A DNA stretch of 35,444 nucleotides from an uncultured Planctomycetales bacterium (GTDB lineage: Bacteria; Planctomycetota; UBA1135), in the NCBI GenBank assembly GCA_964545405.1, contig CAZJGH010000002.1, positions 1 to 35,444 of the forward strand, in the 5' to 3' direction. The translations under genes and the position numbers were made by a program. Below the pieces are notes generated by a model. That model did not search any database, was not told the DNA's origin, and was given only the letters and a program-made list of their open reading frames with translations. Positions 1 through 8,430 of the stretch are shown one piece after another; position 1 is the first letter of the stretch; every line of letters starts with the position of its first letter.

Positions 1-180
1 GATTGGGTACGCACCATGCGTGCTACTAAACCACAGCCAGGCTCACCGGGCGTGATTATTCCAGGTGACCCCGAACGCGAAGCCGAAGCCGTGCGTTGCA
101 AAGGGGGAATTCCAGTGGTGATGACCTTAGTGGAAGAACTGCGCACCATTTCCGAGCGCCTCAACATTCCACTGGATTGA
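1..180 (+). CDS. C-terminal fragment of a malate/L-lactate dehydrogenase-family (Ldh_2-type) oxidoreductase; 5' end lies outside the window
   Basis: Frame 1 is open from base 1 to TGA 178-180. The translation ...PGDPEREAEAVRCKGGIPVVMTLVEELRTISERLNIPLD resembles the PGE-x-E...R...GIP C-terminal tail of Ldh_2 enzymes (from memory, no search). Confidence 0.4.
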   Translation, partial: DWVRTMRATKPQPGSPGVIIPGDPEREAEAVRCKGGIPVVMTLVEELRTISERLNIPLD

Positions 181-209
181 GGATGCCTTGGGGGAGCTCT
201 GGTTTAATC

Positions 210-869
210 CTACCACTTCCATTTCTTCCATAGCTTCTTGTACTCCTTATCGCCGAGCTTCCAGCCATCGGCCCAGAGCTCGAACGTTTTATACTTCTCA
301 AGCGCTTTCTTATCGATACCTAAACTCTTAGCGGATTCATGCCACTCCTCCATCTTGGCCTGCATGTTCCATTCGAAGCCTTCGATCAAGAAGGTGTCAT
401 CGATAAGGTCGACAGTGATGGTGAATATCTCGTCTGACTTCTTCGAGTTCCACCAGACGGTGTGGATCTTCTCTGCCTTCTTCTGCTGCTTCTTCAGCAA
501 CTTGTCGTAGCCTACTTTTTCGTACCACGCCTCCACCGGGGCTACTCCACGGTAATCGTCACGAGCAGCCACCAATAAACCTAGAGGCTTATTTTTTGCG
601 AGCACCAGCTTCTTGCCGTAAGCCTTGCTCAACTCTTTCACAACTTTATCGCCCTGTTTCTCGATGGCTGCGACCAACGAAGCTGCATCCTTGGCAACAC
701 CGGGCGATACATCTTTCAAGGCACGCTCACCACCAGGCATCAAGCGCTGTGCCACCTGATAACTCAACGTAAGGGCGGGGCTGATTTCATACTGATAGGA
801 GTCGGGCCCCTTCTGCATGGCTAACTGTTGCGCCATGCGCAAAACGGTGGCCGCATCGCTGCTGGTCAT
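210..869 (-). CDS. hypothetical protein with Lys/Trp-rich C-terminus (KEYKKLWKKWKW); no family recognised
   Basis: 219-codon ORF. Its ATG overlaps the TGA of the upstream esterase gene (ATGA at 866-869). It ends at TAG 210-212, followed by GAT TAA. It looks more A/T-rich than its neighbours. Confidence 0.55.
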   Translation of the reverse strand: MTSSDAATVLRMAQQLAMQKGPDSYQYEISPALTLSYQVAQRLMPGGERALKDVSPGVAKDAASLVAAIEKQGDKVVKELSKAYGKKLVLAKNKPLGLLVAARDDYRGVAPVEAWYEKVGYDKLLKKQQKKAEKIHTVWWNSKKSDEIFTITVDLIDDTFLIEGFEWNMQAKMEEWHESAKSLGIDKKALEKYKTFELWADGWKLGDKEYKKLWKKWKW

Positions 870-1654
870 GCCTTCGCACCAATCGTGCCTTCGGTGACGC
901 GCGTTGAGTTCGGCCAGTGGTTGTAACCAGGCAGACGCAACAAGGCAACCAGATCCAAACCTTTGCCGTCCAGGTACTCGCGCCCGCCGACGGACTGGCG
1001 GTAAGGCACTACCGGATCCTTGGTGCCGTGCAGGAACAACACCGGCACGTCCTTCATCTTGCGACTGATTTCACTCCAACTCCAAACCCCACTGGCATGG
1101 GCAACCACCCCGCCGAGCATCTCTGGATGCTCTCCAGCAAAGTGCACTACGAAAAAGGAACCTTGGCTATGACCGTATAGGAAAACCTGGTCCACGGAGA
1201 ACCGCTCACGCATCTCCACCAAGAAATCGCGGAAGCTCTCGACGTCGTCTTTCTCCCCCAAGAACAAGCGCGTACCATTTGCGCCAGGGCTGGTGCCGTC
1301 GACCGAAATCAAAATATCGTTGCTACGTAGCGGATTCAGCTTCATGTGATGTTCGGTGAAGTTATTGAAATAACCCCAACGGTAATCGCCACCTGTGCCG
1401 TGCAAAATAACTGTCATTTGCCGAGGCTGCTCTGCGGAATACCCTTCCGGCAGTTGCTACATGTAGCGCAGGTCCCCTGCGGACTTACTCCAATAAGCTG
1501 TTGATGTTTTTGCAGCAGGACTTGGTGCAAGAAATTCCGGCCCGTCTTCCGCTTGAGGCGCAAAGGGCGTGAGAAGCAGTAAGGAAGCAAATAGGAGCAT
1601 TTCCCGATTAATGAAGAAAGAAAACAGAACAGCACGCAACGCGAGCCTTCGCAT
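866..1654 (-). CDS. secreted alpha/beta-hydrolase (carboxylesterase / PHB-depolymerase-like) interrupted by one in-frame TAG at 1457-1459; a pseudogene under code 11 unless TAG is read through
   Basis: ORF 1457-1654 has a signal-peptide-like N-terminus (MRRLALRAVLFSFF...LLLLTPFAPQA). ORF 866-1417 has VILHGTGGD, a GHSQG nucleophile elbow and LHGTKD. The two share one frame. The codons between TAG and the internal ATG read QLPEGYSAEQPRQ, the usual 'LP.GY....P..V.LHG' lead-in of this fold. Confidence 0.6.
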
Positions 1655-1829
1655 CTTAACCCCTGCTTCTGAAGCCGCGCTACCGAAATTTCATGATACG
1701 GGTCGCACAGTCACTATCTGGCTACAGAACGGGCCGCTTGTTGCGCGGCTCCGTGGCTGAACAACCGACCATCCACTCATGCCTTTGTCGAAAGCGACTG
1801 CAGCAGCATATAACCAGGAATTAGGTTCT

Positions 1830-3545
1830 TCACGGCTTGCTTGTCCAAACAACAGCCCCACCGAATAGCGTGATGACCGGTGCGCAGTTGCGCAACTGAT
1901 CTACCGGAACCGTCATGAGGTCGTCGGAAAAGACCACTAGGTCAGCACGGTATCCTGGAGTTAAACGACCGAGGTCGTGTTCACGGAATGCCGCGTAAGC
2001 CGGCCAGGTCGTCAGCATGTCAAGTGCCTCTTGACGCTGGAGCTGCTGCTCTGGATACCATCCACCATCAGGTTCGCCGTCGCGAGTCGCGCGAGTCACC
2101 GCCGCGATGAACAAGGCGACGGAGTCGAGTCGTTCGACCGGAGCGTCGGAACCTCCTGGGATGATGCAGCCTGCATCACGGAAGCTACGCCATGCATACG
2201 CACCGCGAACGCGTTCGGCTCCGAGTCGGTGCTCTGCCCAGGGCATATCACTGGTTTGGTGTTGCGCTTGCATCGCAGGAATAACTCCGAGAGTGGCGAA
2301 GCGTTCGAAATCGTCGGGGTGCACGACTTGTGCATGCTCGATGCGACACCGCAGGTCGAGTCCCGTCTCAGCCGAGCCCCTTGCCCCTAGTGCCTGCTCA
2401 TATACATCCAAGGCGGTCCTGTTACCGCGATCGCCGATGGCGTGAATCGCGACCTGAAAGCCAGCTTCGGCCGCATCCTTGACGATGCCATGCATGTCTT
2501 CCGGAGAAGTCAGCATCAATCCGATGTTGCCGTGGTCGTCGGAATATTCGTCGAGCAAGGCCGCGCCGCGTGAACCAAGAGCACCATCCGCATAGAGCTT
2601 CACTGACCTGATCGCGAGGGTGCCAGTAGCGCCGACGTCGGCTTGCGGGCCAGCTGCGAACCGACGTTCAAGCAGGGATGCATTCGAGCCATCGAGCATC
2701 TCATGCAGGCGCAAGCGTAAACGCCCCTCGGTCGCCATCGATTCGAGCAACGCCAGGGGGCCGGGGCCGATTCCGGCATCATGCACGGCTGTTATGCCTT
2801 GTTCATGCAAGGCCGCAGTAGCCAAACCGACTGCGCGCTCGACCGCCGCCAAAGTGGTTCCTGGCGCGGCGTTGTGTATCAGGCCCTCGGCATTATCGAC
2901 GAACACACCAGTGGGCTCGCCATCCGCATCACGCTCGATGCGGCCGCCTTCGGGATCGGGAGTCGACTTCGTGACGCCCGCAGCATCCATCGCCGCTTGA
3001 TTGGCAAGGATGGCGTGGCCGTCGATGCGCACCAGCACTACCGGACGATCTGGAATCGCGGCACTCAGATCATGATGTGTCGGGAACGACTTCTCTTGCC
3101 AATCATTCTGATCCCAACCGCGCCCCTGAATCCACTCGCCGGCAGGCAACTCCTCATGACGCTGTCGTGCCAACTCGACCACCTGCTGATATGAAGTAGT
3201 ACCGACCAGATCCAGCCCTTCAAGCGCGCTACCCAAACCTACAAGGTGGGCGTGTCCATCGGCGAAGCCTGGATACACCGGGCGCCCCTCCAAGTCGACC
3301 TTGGTCGTACCTTCCGCTGCCAAGGCCAATATCGCATCGCCTTCGCCGACGGCAAGAACGCGTCCATCAAGTATCGCGATGGCTTCGACGATGCGCTGTG
3401 GTTCATCCTGGGTGTATATGCGCCCGTTAAACAGCACCACGTCGGGAGGTGTGTCGGGTGTGGCATCGCCACCGCAGGATCCGAGAGCAGAAGTGAGGAC
3501 AAGCATCAAGAGGGTGCTCTTCAACATGAAGTATGATGGCAGCAT
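1830..3545 (-). CDS. amidohydrolase-3 family metal-dependent hydrolase (YtcJ-like), probable lipoprotein
   Basis: 571-codon ORF ending TGA. It has a GFADGHAHL metal-binding H-x-H motif and later HAIGD and GSDAP motifs. The N-terminus MLKSTLLMLVLTSALGSCGG has an L-G-S-C lipobox, so the true start is probably the ATG at 3525-3527 rather than 3543-3545. Confidence 0.8.
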   Translation of the reverse strand: MLPSYFMLKSTLLMLVLTSALGSCGGDATPDTPPDVVLFNGRIYTQDEPQRIVEAIAILDGRVLAVGEGDAILALAAEGTTKVDLEGRPVYPGFADGHAHLVGLGSALEGLDLVGTTSYQQVVELARQRHEELPAGEWIQGRGWDQNDWQEKSFPTHHDLSAAIPDRPVVLVRIDGHAILANQAAMDAAGVTKSTPDPEGGRIERDADGEPTGVFVDNAEGLIHNAAPGTTLAAVERAVGLATAALHEQGITAVHDAGIGPGPLALLESMATEGRLRLRLHEMLDGSNASLLERRFAAGPQADVGATGTLAIRSVKLYADGALGSRGAALLDEYSDDHGNIGLMLTSPEDMHGIVKDAAEAGFQVAIHAIGDRGNRTALDVYEQALGARGSAETGLDLRCRIEHAQVVHPDDFERFATLGVIPAMQAQHQTSDMPWAEHRLGAERVRGAYAWRSFRDAGCIIPGGSDAPVERLDSVALFIAAVTRATRDGEPDGGWYPEQQLQRQEALDMLTTWPAYAAFREHDLGRLTPGYRADLVVFSDDLMTVPVDQLRNCAPVITLFGGAVVWTSKP

Positions 3546-4737
3546 GTCATCCTTCTCTCAATACCTGTTCGTCGTTGCTGCCCTGGCGGCCACCAGCGTC
3601 ACCGCTGGAGCCCAGGAGCCGATTGAGGAGGCAGTCCCCGCGGCACCGCTCATTCAGCCTGGAGAACGTGCTGTCCCTGCACAGCCTGGAATGCGCGCAG
3701 TACCCGCGATGCCACTCATGCAGCCTGCGCAGACCAATGACGCCAGCGCCATCTCAGCCGATGCCGCGGCTTACGCTGGACTCAAGGCCGAATACGACTA
3801 GGTCTATTCCGCTTGGGTCAGCGAGATCATCGCCCTCGGCAAGCAAGAAGGGTTCGCAGGACCTTACCCGGAGGACCCTACCGGTGGTTTCTACCCAAGG
3901 TTCCGCACGGTTGCAGATACTGGCAACATCGATGCACGACTGTGGTGCCTGAAGAACTTCCACTACGACCCGACTCCGAGCAAGTATCGGAAACTCTGTT
4001 GGCAGGGTGAAGCCTTCAGCTTGGCCACCGCGTTGCGCGATGACGCCGATGGCAGTGCCAGACTGAGGCAGTCACTCCATTCGGGCCGAATGGTCGGCGG
4101 CGACAGGACCGTGGATAAGGTCCTGGTCTATATCCAGGAAACGACGGGGAGTGATGATGTGCGTCGCGCGACGATGGCCGCCCGCAGTGAACCCATGCTT
4201 GATCCGAATACCGAGTCGTTCCATGTAGGTCTCGAATTGGCAGAGGAAGTGATCGCTACTTGGCCAGACAGCGACGAGGCCGCACGCCTTGAAGGTCTGC
4301 TCAATGCACAGGACAACCTGAAGGTCGGTGGGACTCCTGCCGACTTCACTGGCACCGACGTCGATGGCAAGGAGATCAGTCTCTACGACTATCGTGGCAA
4401 GGTGGTGATCGTCGACTTCTGGGGCTTCTGGTGAGGCCCTTGCAAAGGTGAGCTCCCTCACCTCAAGGCGCTGGTCGAGCGCCACTCTGCAGAAGACTTC
4501 GCGATCCTTGGTATCAACACTGACGGAGACAAGGACAAGTTCCGTAAGGACTGTGAGAAGTTCGGTGTGACCTGGGACAACATCTTCAACGGCTCTACGC
4601 GTGGTGGTGTGCCAGGCGCTTGGGGCGTGACCGGATACCCGACCATGTACATCCTCGATCGTGATGGGGTCATCCGCTACATTGATGCTCGTGGGGAACG
4701 CCTGGAGAAGGTCGTCGATGGGCTCGTCGCCGAATAA
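3544..4737 (+). CDS. secreted TlpA/ResA-like thioredoxin-fold thiol:disulfide oxidoreductase. The frame contains an in-frame TAG (3799-3801) and an in-frame TGA (4432-4434) at the first Cys position of CxxC (candidate selenocysteine)
   Basis: One frame reads MSSFSQYLFVVAALAATSVTAGAQEP (signal peptide) ...LKAEYD-TAG-VYSAWVSEIIALGKQ...GKVVIVDFWGFW-TGA-GPCKGELPHLKAL...ILGINTDGD...GYPTMYILDRDGVIRYIDARG... up to TAA 4735-4737. No ATG/GTG/TTG lies in frame between 3802 and 4020, although that stretch has coding-like GC3. The ORF-track pieces are 3301-3801 and 4021-4434. Confidence 0.65.
4438..4468 (+). promoter_or_regulatory. stem-loop immediately 3' of the in-frame TGA; candidate bacterial SECIS element
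   Basis: CCTTG-caaa-GGTGAG-ctcc-CTCACC-t-CAAGG. That is a 6 bp perfect upper stem (4447-4452 / 4457-4462) and a 5 bp lower stem (4438-4442 / 4464-4468). The apical loop lies about 20 nt after the TGA. The CUCC loop lacks the G usual in bSECIS loops. Confidence 0.4.
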
Positions 4738-4924
4738 GAGGGGCTCCTTCCTCGTGAACGGTGTGATCGCCGCGGTTGTCCTGTTCTACGTCCTGCGCTT
4801 GAGTGCTGGCGACCGTCACCTGATCGACTGGATCGTGATCGCCCTAGTAAGTAGCGCGATCCTCTACAACGTGGTCAAGTTCGGCATGGCCCTTCAAGGC
4901 GCGGGCACCAGCGAAGAAGAGTAG
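4718..4924 (+). CDS. small two-helix membrane protein, hypothetical
   Basis: ATG 4718 gives MGSSPNKRGSFLVNGVIAAVVLFYVLRL...WIVIALVSSAILYNVV... with two hydrophobic spans and strong GC3 bias. It overlaps the 3' end of the TlpA-like gene by 20 nt and ends at TAG 4922-4924. Confidence 0.45.
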   Translation: MGSSPNKRGSFLVNGVIAAVVLFYVLRLSAGDRHLIDWIVIALVSSAILYNVVKFGMALQGAGTSEEE

Positions 4925-4925
4925 C

Positions 4926-6050
4926 TCAACTGGTGTGCTTCAACCCGACGCCACGTGCGGACAGGTGATCGAGAACCCTCTGAAGAAGTCCTGGTACGCG
5001 GCCGACGACTTCGCCTGGAGACACGCCAGCTTGGCTCCAACTGCCATCGATAATCAGTTCAGCAGCTGCAGTGCATGTATAGCCGGTGGTCCTTGCCATC
5101 GACGAGGTGCCGGTGACTTGGTCAGTGCGGTCATCCAGATGCCAAACATGCCGCACTGATTCGCCGTCCTCGATGCCTTCGATCGTGACTCGCATCACGG
5201 TCAACTCAGGTTCCCCTGGCTGCAGCTTCCAGCTGTCGAGCAAGACGCTCGAAGTCAGTTCACGTGGACTGACCTGCTTGCCGCCGACATCCACTGGCTT
5301 GTCATCAAGGAAGCCAGCCGCACGCAGGGCCAGCATCAGGTCGCGATGGCCCGGGTAACGCAGGGTCTTCTCGACCATGTCCGGGACATGCGGCATGGTG
5401 CGGATCAAGCTGCGCAAGCCATCGGTATTGAATGCCTCCAAGGTTCCGATGCCTTCGAACTCCACGAACTCCGGTTCGGACAGCGCCGGCTTCACGACTT
5501 CCTGACCATTGTGCACCATCCTTGCTGGTCGCAGGTATTCCTCGATCACGTCAAGTGGCGAGAATGGTGCCTTGTACTGGAACGGCATGTCCCGCTGGAT
5601 CGGCAAGCCCCCCACCAGGCACTCGAATCGCTGCACCTGCATCTGACTATCGTGCCAGCCGAAGATCAAGCCATCCAACCCAGGTGCGACACCGATGTCA
5701 GTGATGACGACTGCGCCGGTCTGCTTCGCCAGTGAATCAAGATCCAATGACTCCTCCGGGAAGAAGGAGATATCGGCGACTTTCTTGCCCGCTTCAACCA
5801 GGGTGCGCAGGGTCTGGAAGCCGAGAAAGCCTGGTACAGCGGAAATCACCAGGTCGGCATCAGCGACTGCAGCGGTGACGGCGCCCTTGTCGCGACAATC
5901 CAAGGCCCCGGTCGCGACGTTTTCTACACCGTCGAATTTATCAAGTGCTAGGTCACTGAAGTCAGTGGCGATCACCTGATGACGTTGCGCCAAGTCCAGG
6001 ACAATGGCGCTGCCGACCATGCCGGCACCCAAGACCAGGACCCGTGCCAC
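4926..6050 (-). CDS. saccharopine dehydrogenase-family NAD(P)-binding oxidoreductase
   Basis: 374 codons with a GTG start. The N-terminal Rossmann motif is VLVLGAGMVGSAIVLDL. Length and C-terminal half are typical of Sacchrp_dh N+C domain proteins. Ends TGA. Confidence 0.65.
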   Translation of the reverse strand: MARVLVLGAGMVGSAIVLDLAQRHQVIATDFSDLALDKFDGVENVATGALDCRDKGAVTAAVADADLVISAVPGFLGFQTLRTLVEAGKKVADISFFPEESLDLDSLAKQTGAVVITDIGVAPGLDGLIFGWHDSQMQVQRFECLVGGLPIQRDMPFQYKAPFSPLDVIEEYLRPARMVHNGQEVVKPALSEPEFVEFEGIGTLEAFNTDGLRSLIRTMPHVPDMVEKTLRYPGHRDLMLALRAAGFLDDKPVDVGGKQVSPRELTSSVLLDSWKLQPGEPELTVMRVTIEGIEDGESVRHVWHLDDRTDQVTGTSSMARTTGYTCTAAAELIIDGSWSQAGVSPGEVVGRVPGLLQRVLDHLSARGVGLKHTS

Positions 6051-6053
6051 TGC

Positions 6054-7208
6054 CTATTGCCAGGTCAGCCGCACGAAACGCGGCCGATAGATGTCCGCGT
6101 AGGTGAAGTGATCCCAGAACTCGAAGGTATTGGCGTTGTAACTGATCAACAACTCACCTGGTTCCGACAGGTGCGGATGCGCCTTGGCGTTGTAGGTGTA
6201 GACGTCGGCGATCGGTGGAGTCGGGATGTCGTAGATGACCTCGGTGTTGCCGAACGGCCCCCACGGAGTCGGGGCGATCTTCATGCCGATCTTGCCGGAC
6301 ATGGTGTCGAGCGAGAAGATGCAGGCGTAACGCCCATCTGGCATCGGCGTGACCGACAGCTCGTTGGAGATGCGCCCAGTCAAGGTTGCGCTGTCGTTGA
6401 TGTCGACGGACCAACCGTTGCCATCCCAATACTTCCAGGCATTGAAGTTCTCGAAGTTCTGCGGCAAGACCCGCGCGACCATCAGCTTCTTGACCTGATC
6501 CTCCAGTGAACCGTAGACATAGACGTAACCATCTGGAGCTGGTGCACCGGCCTCGACGGTATTGGCCATGATGCCGGCGCCGAAGAAGCCGGCGCTACGG
6601 GTAGGAGTCTCGAGCAAGGCGAGTGGGGTATCGACTTCAGTCGCTGCCGCGCGCGTGTACGGGCCATTCTTGTCCATGGTGAACAAGGTCATCCCGGCGC
6701 GTCCGAAGTTCCATCCAGGAGGGCCGTTATTGTGCTCCATGCGGTTGGCCAGCAGGTGGAACTTGTCTCCGATCACGACGCCATCCGAGAACCAGTACCA
6801 ATCACCGGATTGCGATAGCGGTGTGTTGGGCGTGAAGATCGATGCAGGCTGAGCACCGTGATCGTCCCAGAAGAAACTCACACCTTCGTTCAGGCCGTCC
6901 TTCGCCATGAAGCCCATGGTGTTGTTGACCATGCTGGTGTTGACTCGGCCACCGGCCGCATTGACGTCACCGATGAAGGTATCACTGAACGCGAACAGGG
7001 TACCGGCGCGACTCAAGCCACCAGGGCTATCGTTGCCATCCATCGGGAAGGAGAAGATGCCGTCGGCACCAGTCCATCCTGAAGTGGTGTCGAACAAACT
7101 GGTCCATTCCGGAGCAGGAGCCGTGGTGTAGCTGCTCTGAGCCGACGCCGAGACCGCGATCGACATGAGCGCTAGTGAGGGGAGGAGGTATCTATAAACG
7201 CACAACAT
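6054..7208 (-). CDS. secreted glycoside-hydrolase-like beta-propeller protein (DUF4185-like)
   Basis: Signal peptide MLCVYRYLLPSLALMSIAVSASAQS. Motifs GWTGADGIFS, FSDTFIGDV, WYWFSDGVV and a C-terminal ISYNANT...YRPRFVRL recall DUF4185 proteins (memory only). The start overlaps the hutI end by 17 nt. Ends at TAG 6054-6056. Confidence 0.55.
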   Translation of the reverse strand: MLCVYRYLLPSLALMSIAVSASAQSSYTTAPAPEWTSLFDTTSGWTGADGIFSFPMDGNDSPGGLSRAGTLFAFSDTFIGDVNAAGGRVNTSMVNNTMGFMAKDGLNEGVSFFWDDHGAQPASIFTPNTPLSQSGDWYWFSDGVVIGDKFHLLANRMEHNNGPPGWNFGRAGMTLFTMDKNGPYTRAAATEVDTPLALLETPTRSAGFFGAGIMANTVEAGAPAPDGYVYVYGSLEDQVKKLMVARVLPQNFENFNAWKYWDGNGWSVDINDSATLTGRISNELSVTPMPDGRYACIFSLDTMSGKIGMKIAPTPWGPFGNTEVIYDIPTPPIADVYTYNAKAHPHLSEPGELLISYNANTFEFWDHFTYADIYRPRFVRLTWQ

Positions 7209-8415
7209 CTCCTCCCCATATTACCTGTGAAACCGGATTCTCGCCGAAAGAATAGCCGAAATGAAACAGGTCAGGGAGAGCAAGGACGACCAGGTCTGCG
7301 TCGGCGCCGGGGCGCAGATGCCCCTTGCGGTCATCGATCCCAAGGCTGGCCGCAGCACCTAGAGTCACGCCGTGCATCACTTCCTCGGCGGTCAGGTTGA
7401 GTCGGATGCGGCCGAAGTGAGCTGCCTCGGGTAGGCTCGGCGTGTAGCTGGAGCCAGGGTTGAAATCAGTCGCGATGAAGTAAGGAACTCCGGCCTGGAG
7501 CAGCTTGCGCGCAGGGGCATCCTCTTTCTGTCGTAGGAAATGCGGAACCGATGGCAACAACCCCGCGTAGGTCCTGCCGCTCAAGGCCATCGCCTCGAGC
7601 CCAGCATCAGAAAGGACCTCGAGATGATCGACACATTCAGCACCGAGCTCCACCGCCAGCTCGACGCCGCCTAGTTGGTGGAACTGGTCAGCATGGATGC
7701 GCAACTTGAAGCCAAGCTCCAATGCGCGCTCACAGTAGCGGCGTGCTTGATCGACCGAGAATGCGCCATCTTCGATGAAGATATCCGCCGCGCGCGCGAT
7801 CCCCTGCTCCTTCACCGCTGGCAACATCTCATCACACAACAGGTCCAAGTACGCCGACGGATTGTCGCGGTACTCCTCGGGGAACATATGCGCACCGAGG
7901 AAGGTCGGAAAGACCTCCATGCCTACGGCTTCAGCAGCCTTCGACAAGACCTGCAATGACTTCAGTTCATCCTCGGTCGACAAACCGTATCCCGATTTAC
8001 CCTCCAAGGTGGTGGTGCCATGGTGACGCATGCGCTGCAGGTGTGCGCAGACGGTGTCGAACAGGTCTTCCGGGTCGGCGGAACGCACGTTGCGAACACT
8101 CGAAAGGATGCCGCCACCGCGGGCAGCGATCTCGAGGTAATCGACTCCCTGAGCACGCCAGTCGAACTCCTCGGCGCGACCGACCGCGAACACCGGATGC
8201 ACGTGAGCGTCGATGAATCCAGGTGCCACCACTCCACCGTAAGCATCGATCTCCCCGAGCGGGGACCAGCGCGTGCGTAGCTCAGGTTGGTGACCGATCT
8301 CGACGATCTTGCCGCCATCCACCACCACAGCATCGGCGCCGACCGGGGCTTGCGGATCCCACGACACGATCTCCGCAGCACTGTGGATCAACAACTGGCA
8401 ATGCTTTGTGGTCAT
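7192..8415 (-). CDS. hutI: imidazolonepropionase
   Basis: 407 codons with GFIDAHVHPVF, EGKSGYGL, RIHADQ and ATDFNPGS motifs characteristic of HutI. Ends at TAG 7192-7194. Confidence 0.85.
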   Translation of the reverse strand: MTTKHCQLLIHSAAEIVSWDPQAPVGADAVVVDGGKIVEIGHQPELRTRWSPLGEIDAYGGVVAPGFIDAHVHPVFAVGRAEEFDWRAQGVDYLEIAARGGGILSSVRNVRSADPEDLFDTVCAHLQRMRHHGTTTLEGKSGYGLSTEDELKSLQVLSKAAEAVGMEVFPTFLGAHMFPEEYRDNPSAYLDLLCDEMLPAVKEQGIARAADIFIEDGAFSVDQARRYCERALELGFKLRIHADQFHQLGGVELAVELGAECVDHLEVLSDAGLEAMALSGRTYAGLLPSVPHFLRQKEDAPARKLLQAGVPYFIATDFNPGSSYTPSLPEAAHFGRIRLNLTAEEVMHGVTLGAAASLGIDDRKGHLRPGADADLVVLALPDLFHFGYSFGENPVSQVIWGGDVVRL

Positions 8416-8430
8416 GCCAGGATTGTACCC

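Noticed and set aside
1673-1750. 8-bp inverted repeat AGCCGCGC ... GCGCGGCT, about 62 nt apart; checked as a possible tRNA or structured RNA
   Set aside because: There is no T-loop (GTTCRA), no D-arm and no anticodon-arm geometry on either strand. It is more likely a fortuitous pairing or part of terminator/promoter DNA between two minus-strand genes.
4021-4434. Treating the 137-aa ORF (TTG start at 4021) as a stand-alone gene
   Set aside because: It would be leaderless and would stop just before its own CxxC active site. Coding signal continues upstream to the TAG at 3799 and downstream past the TGA, so it is a fragment of the larger gene.
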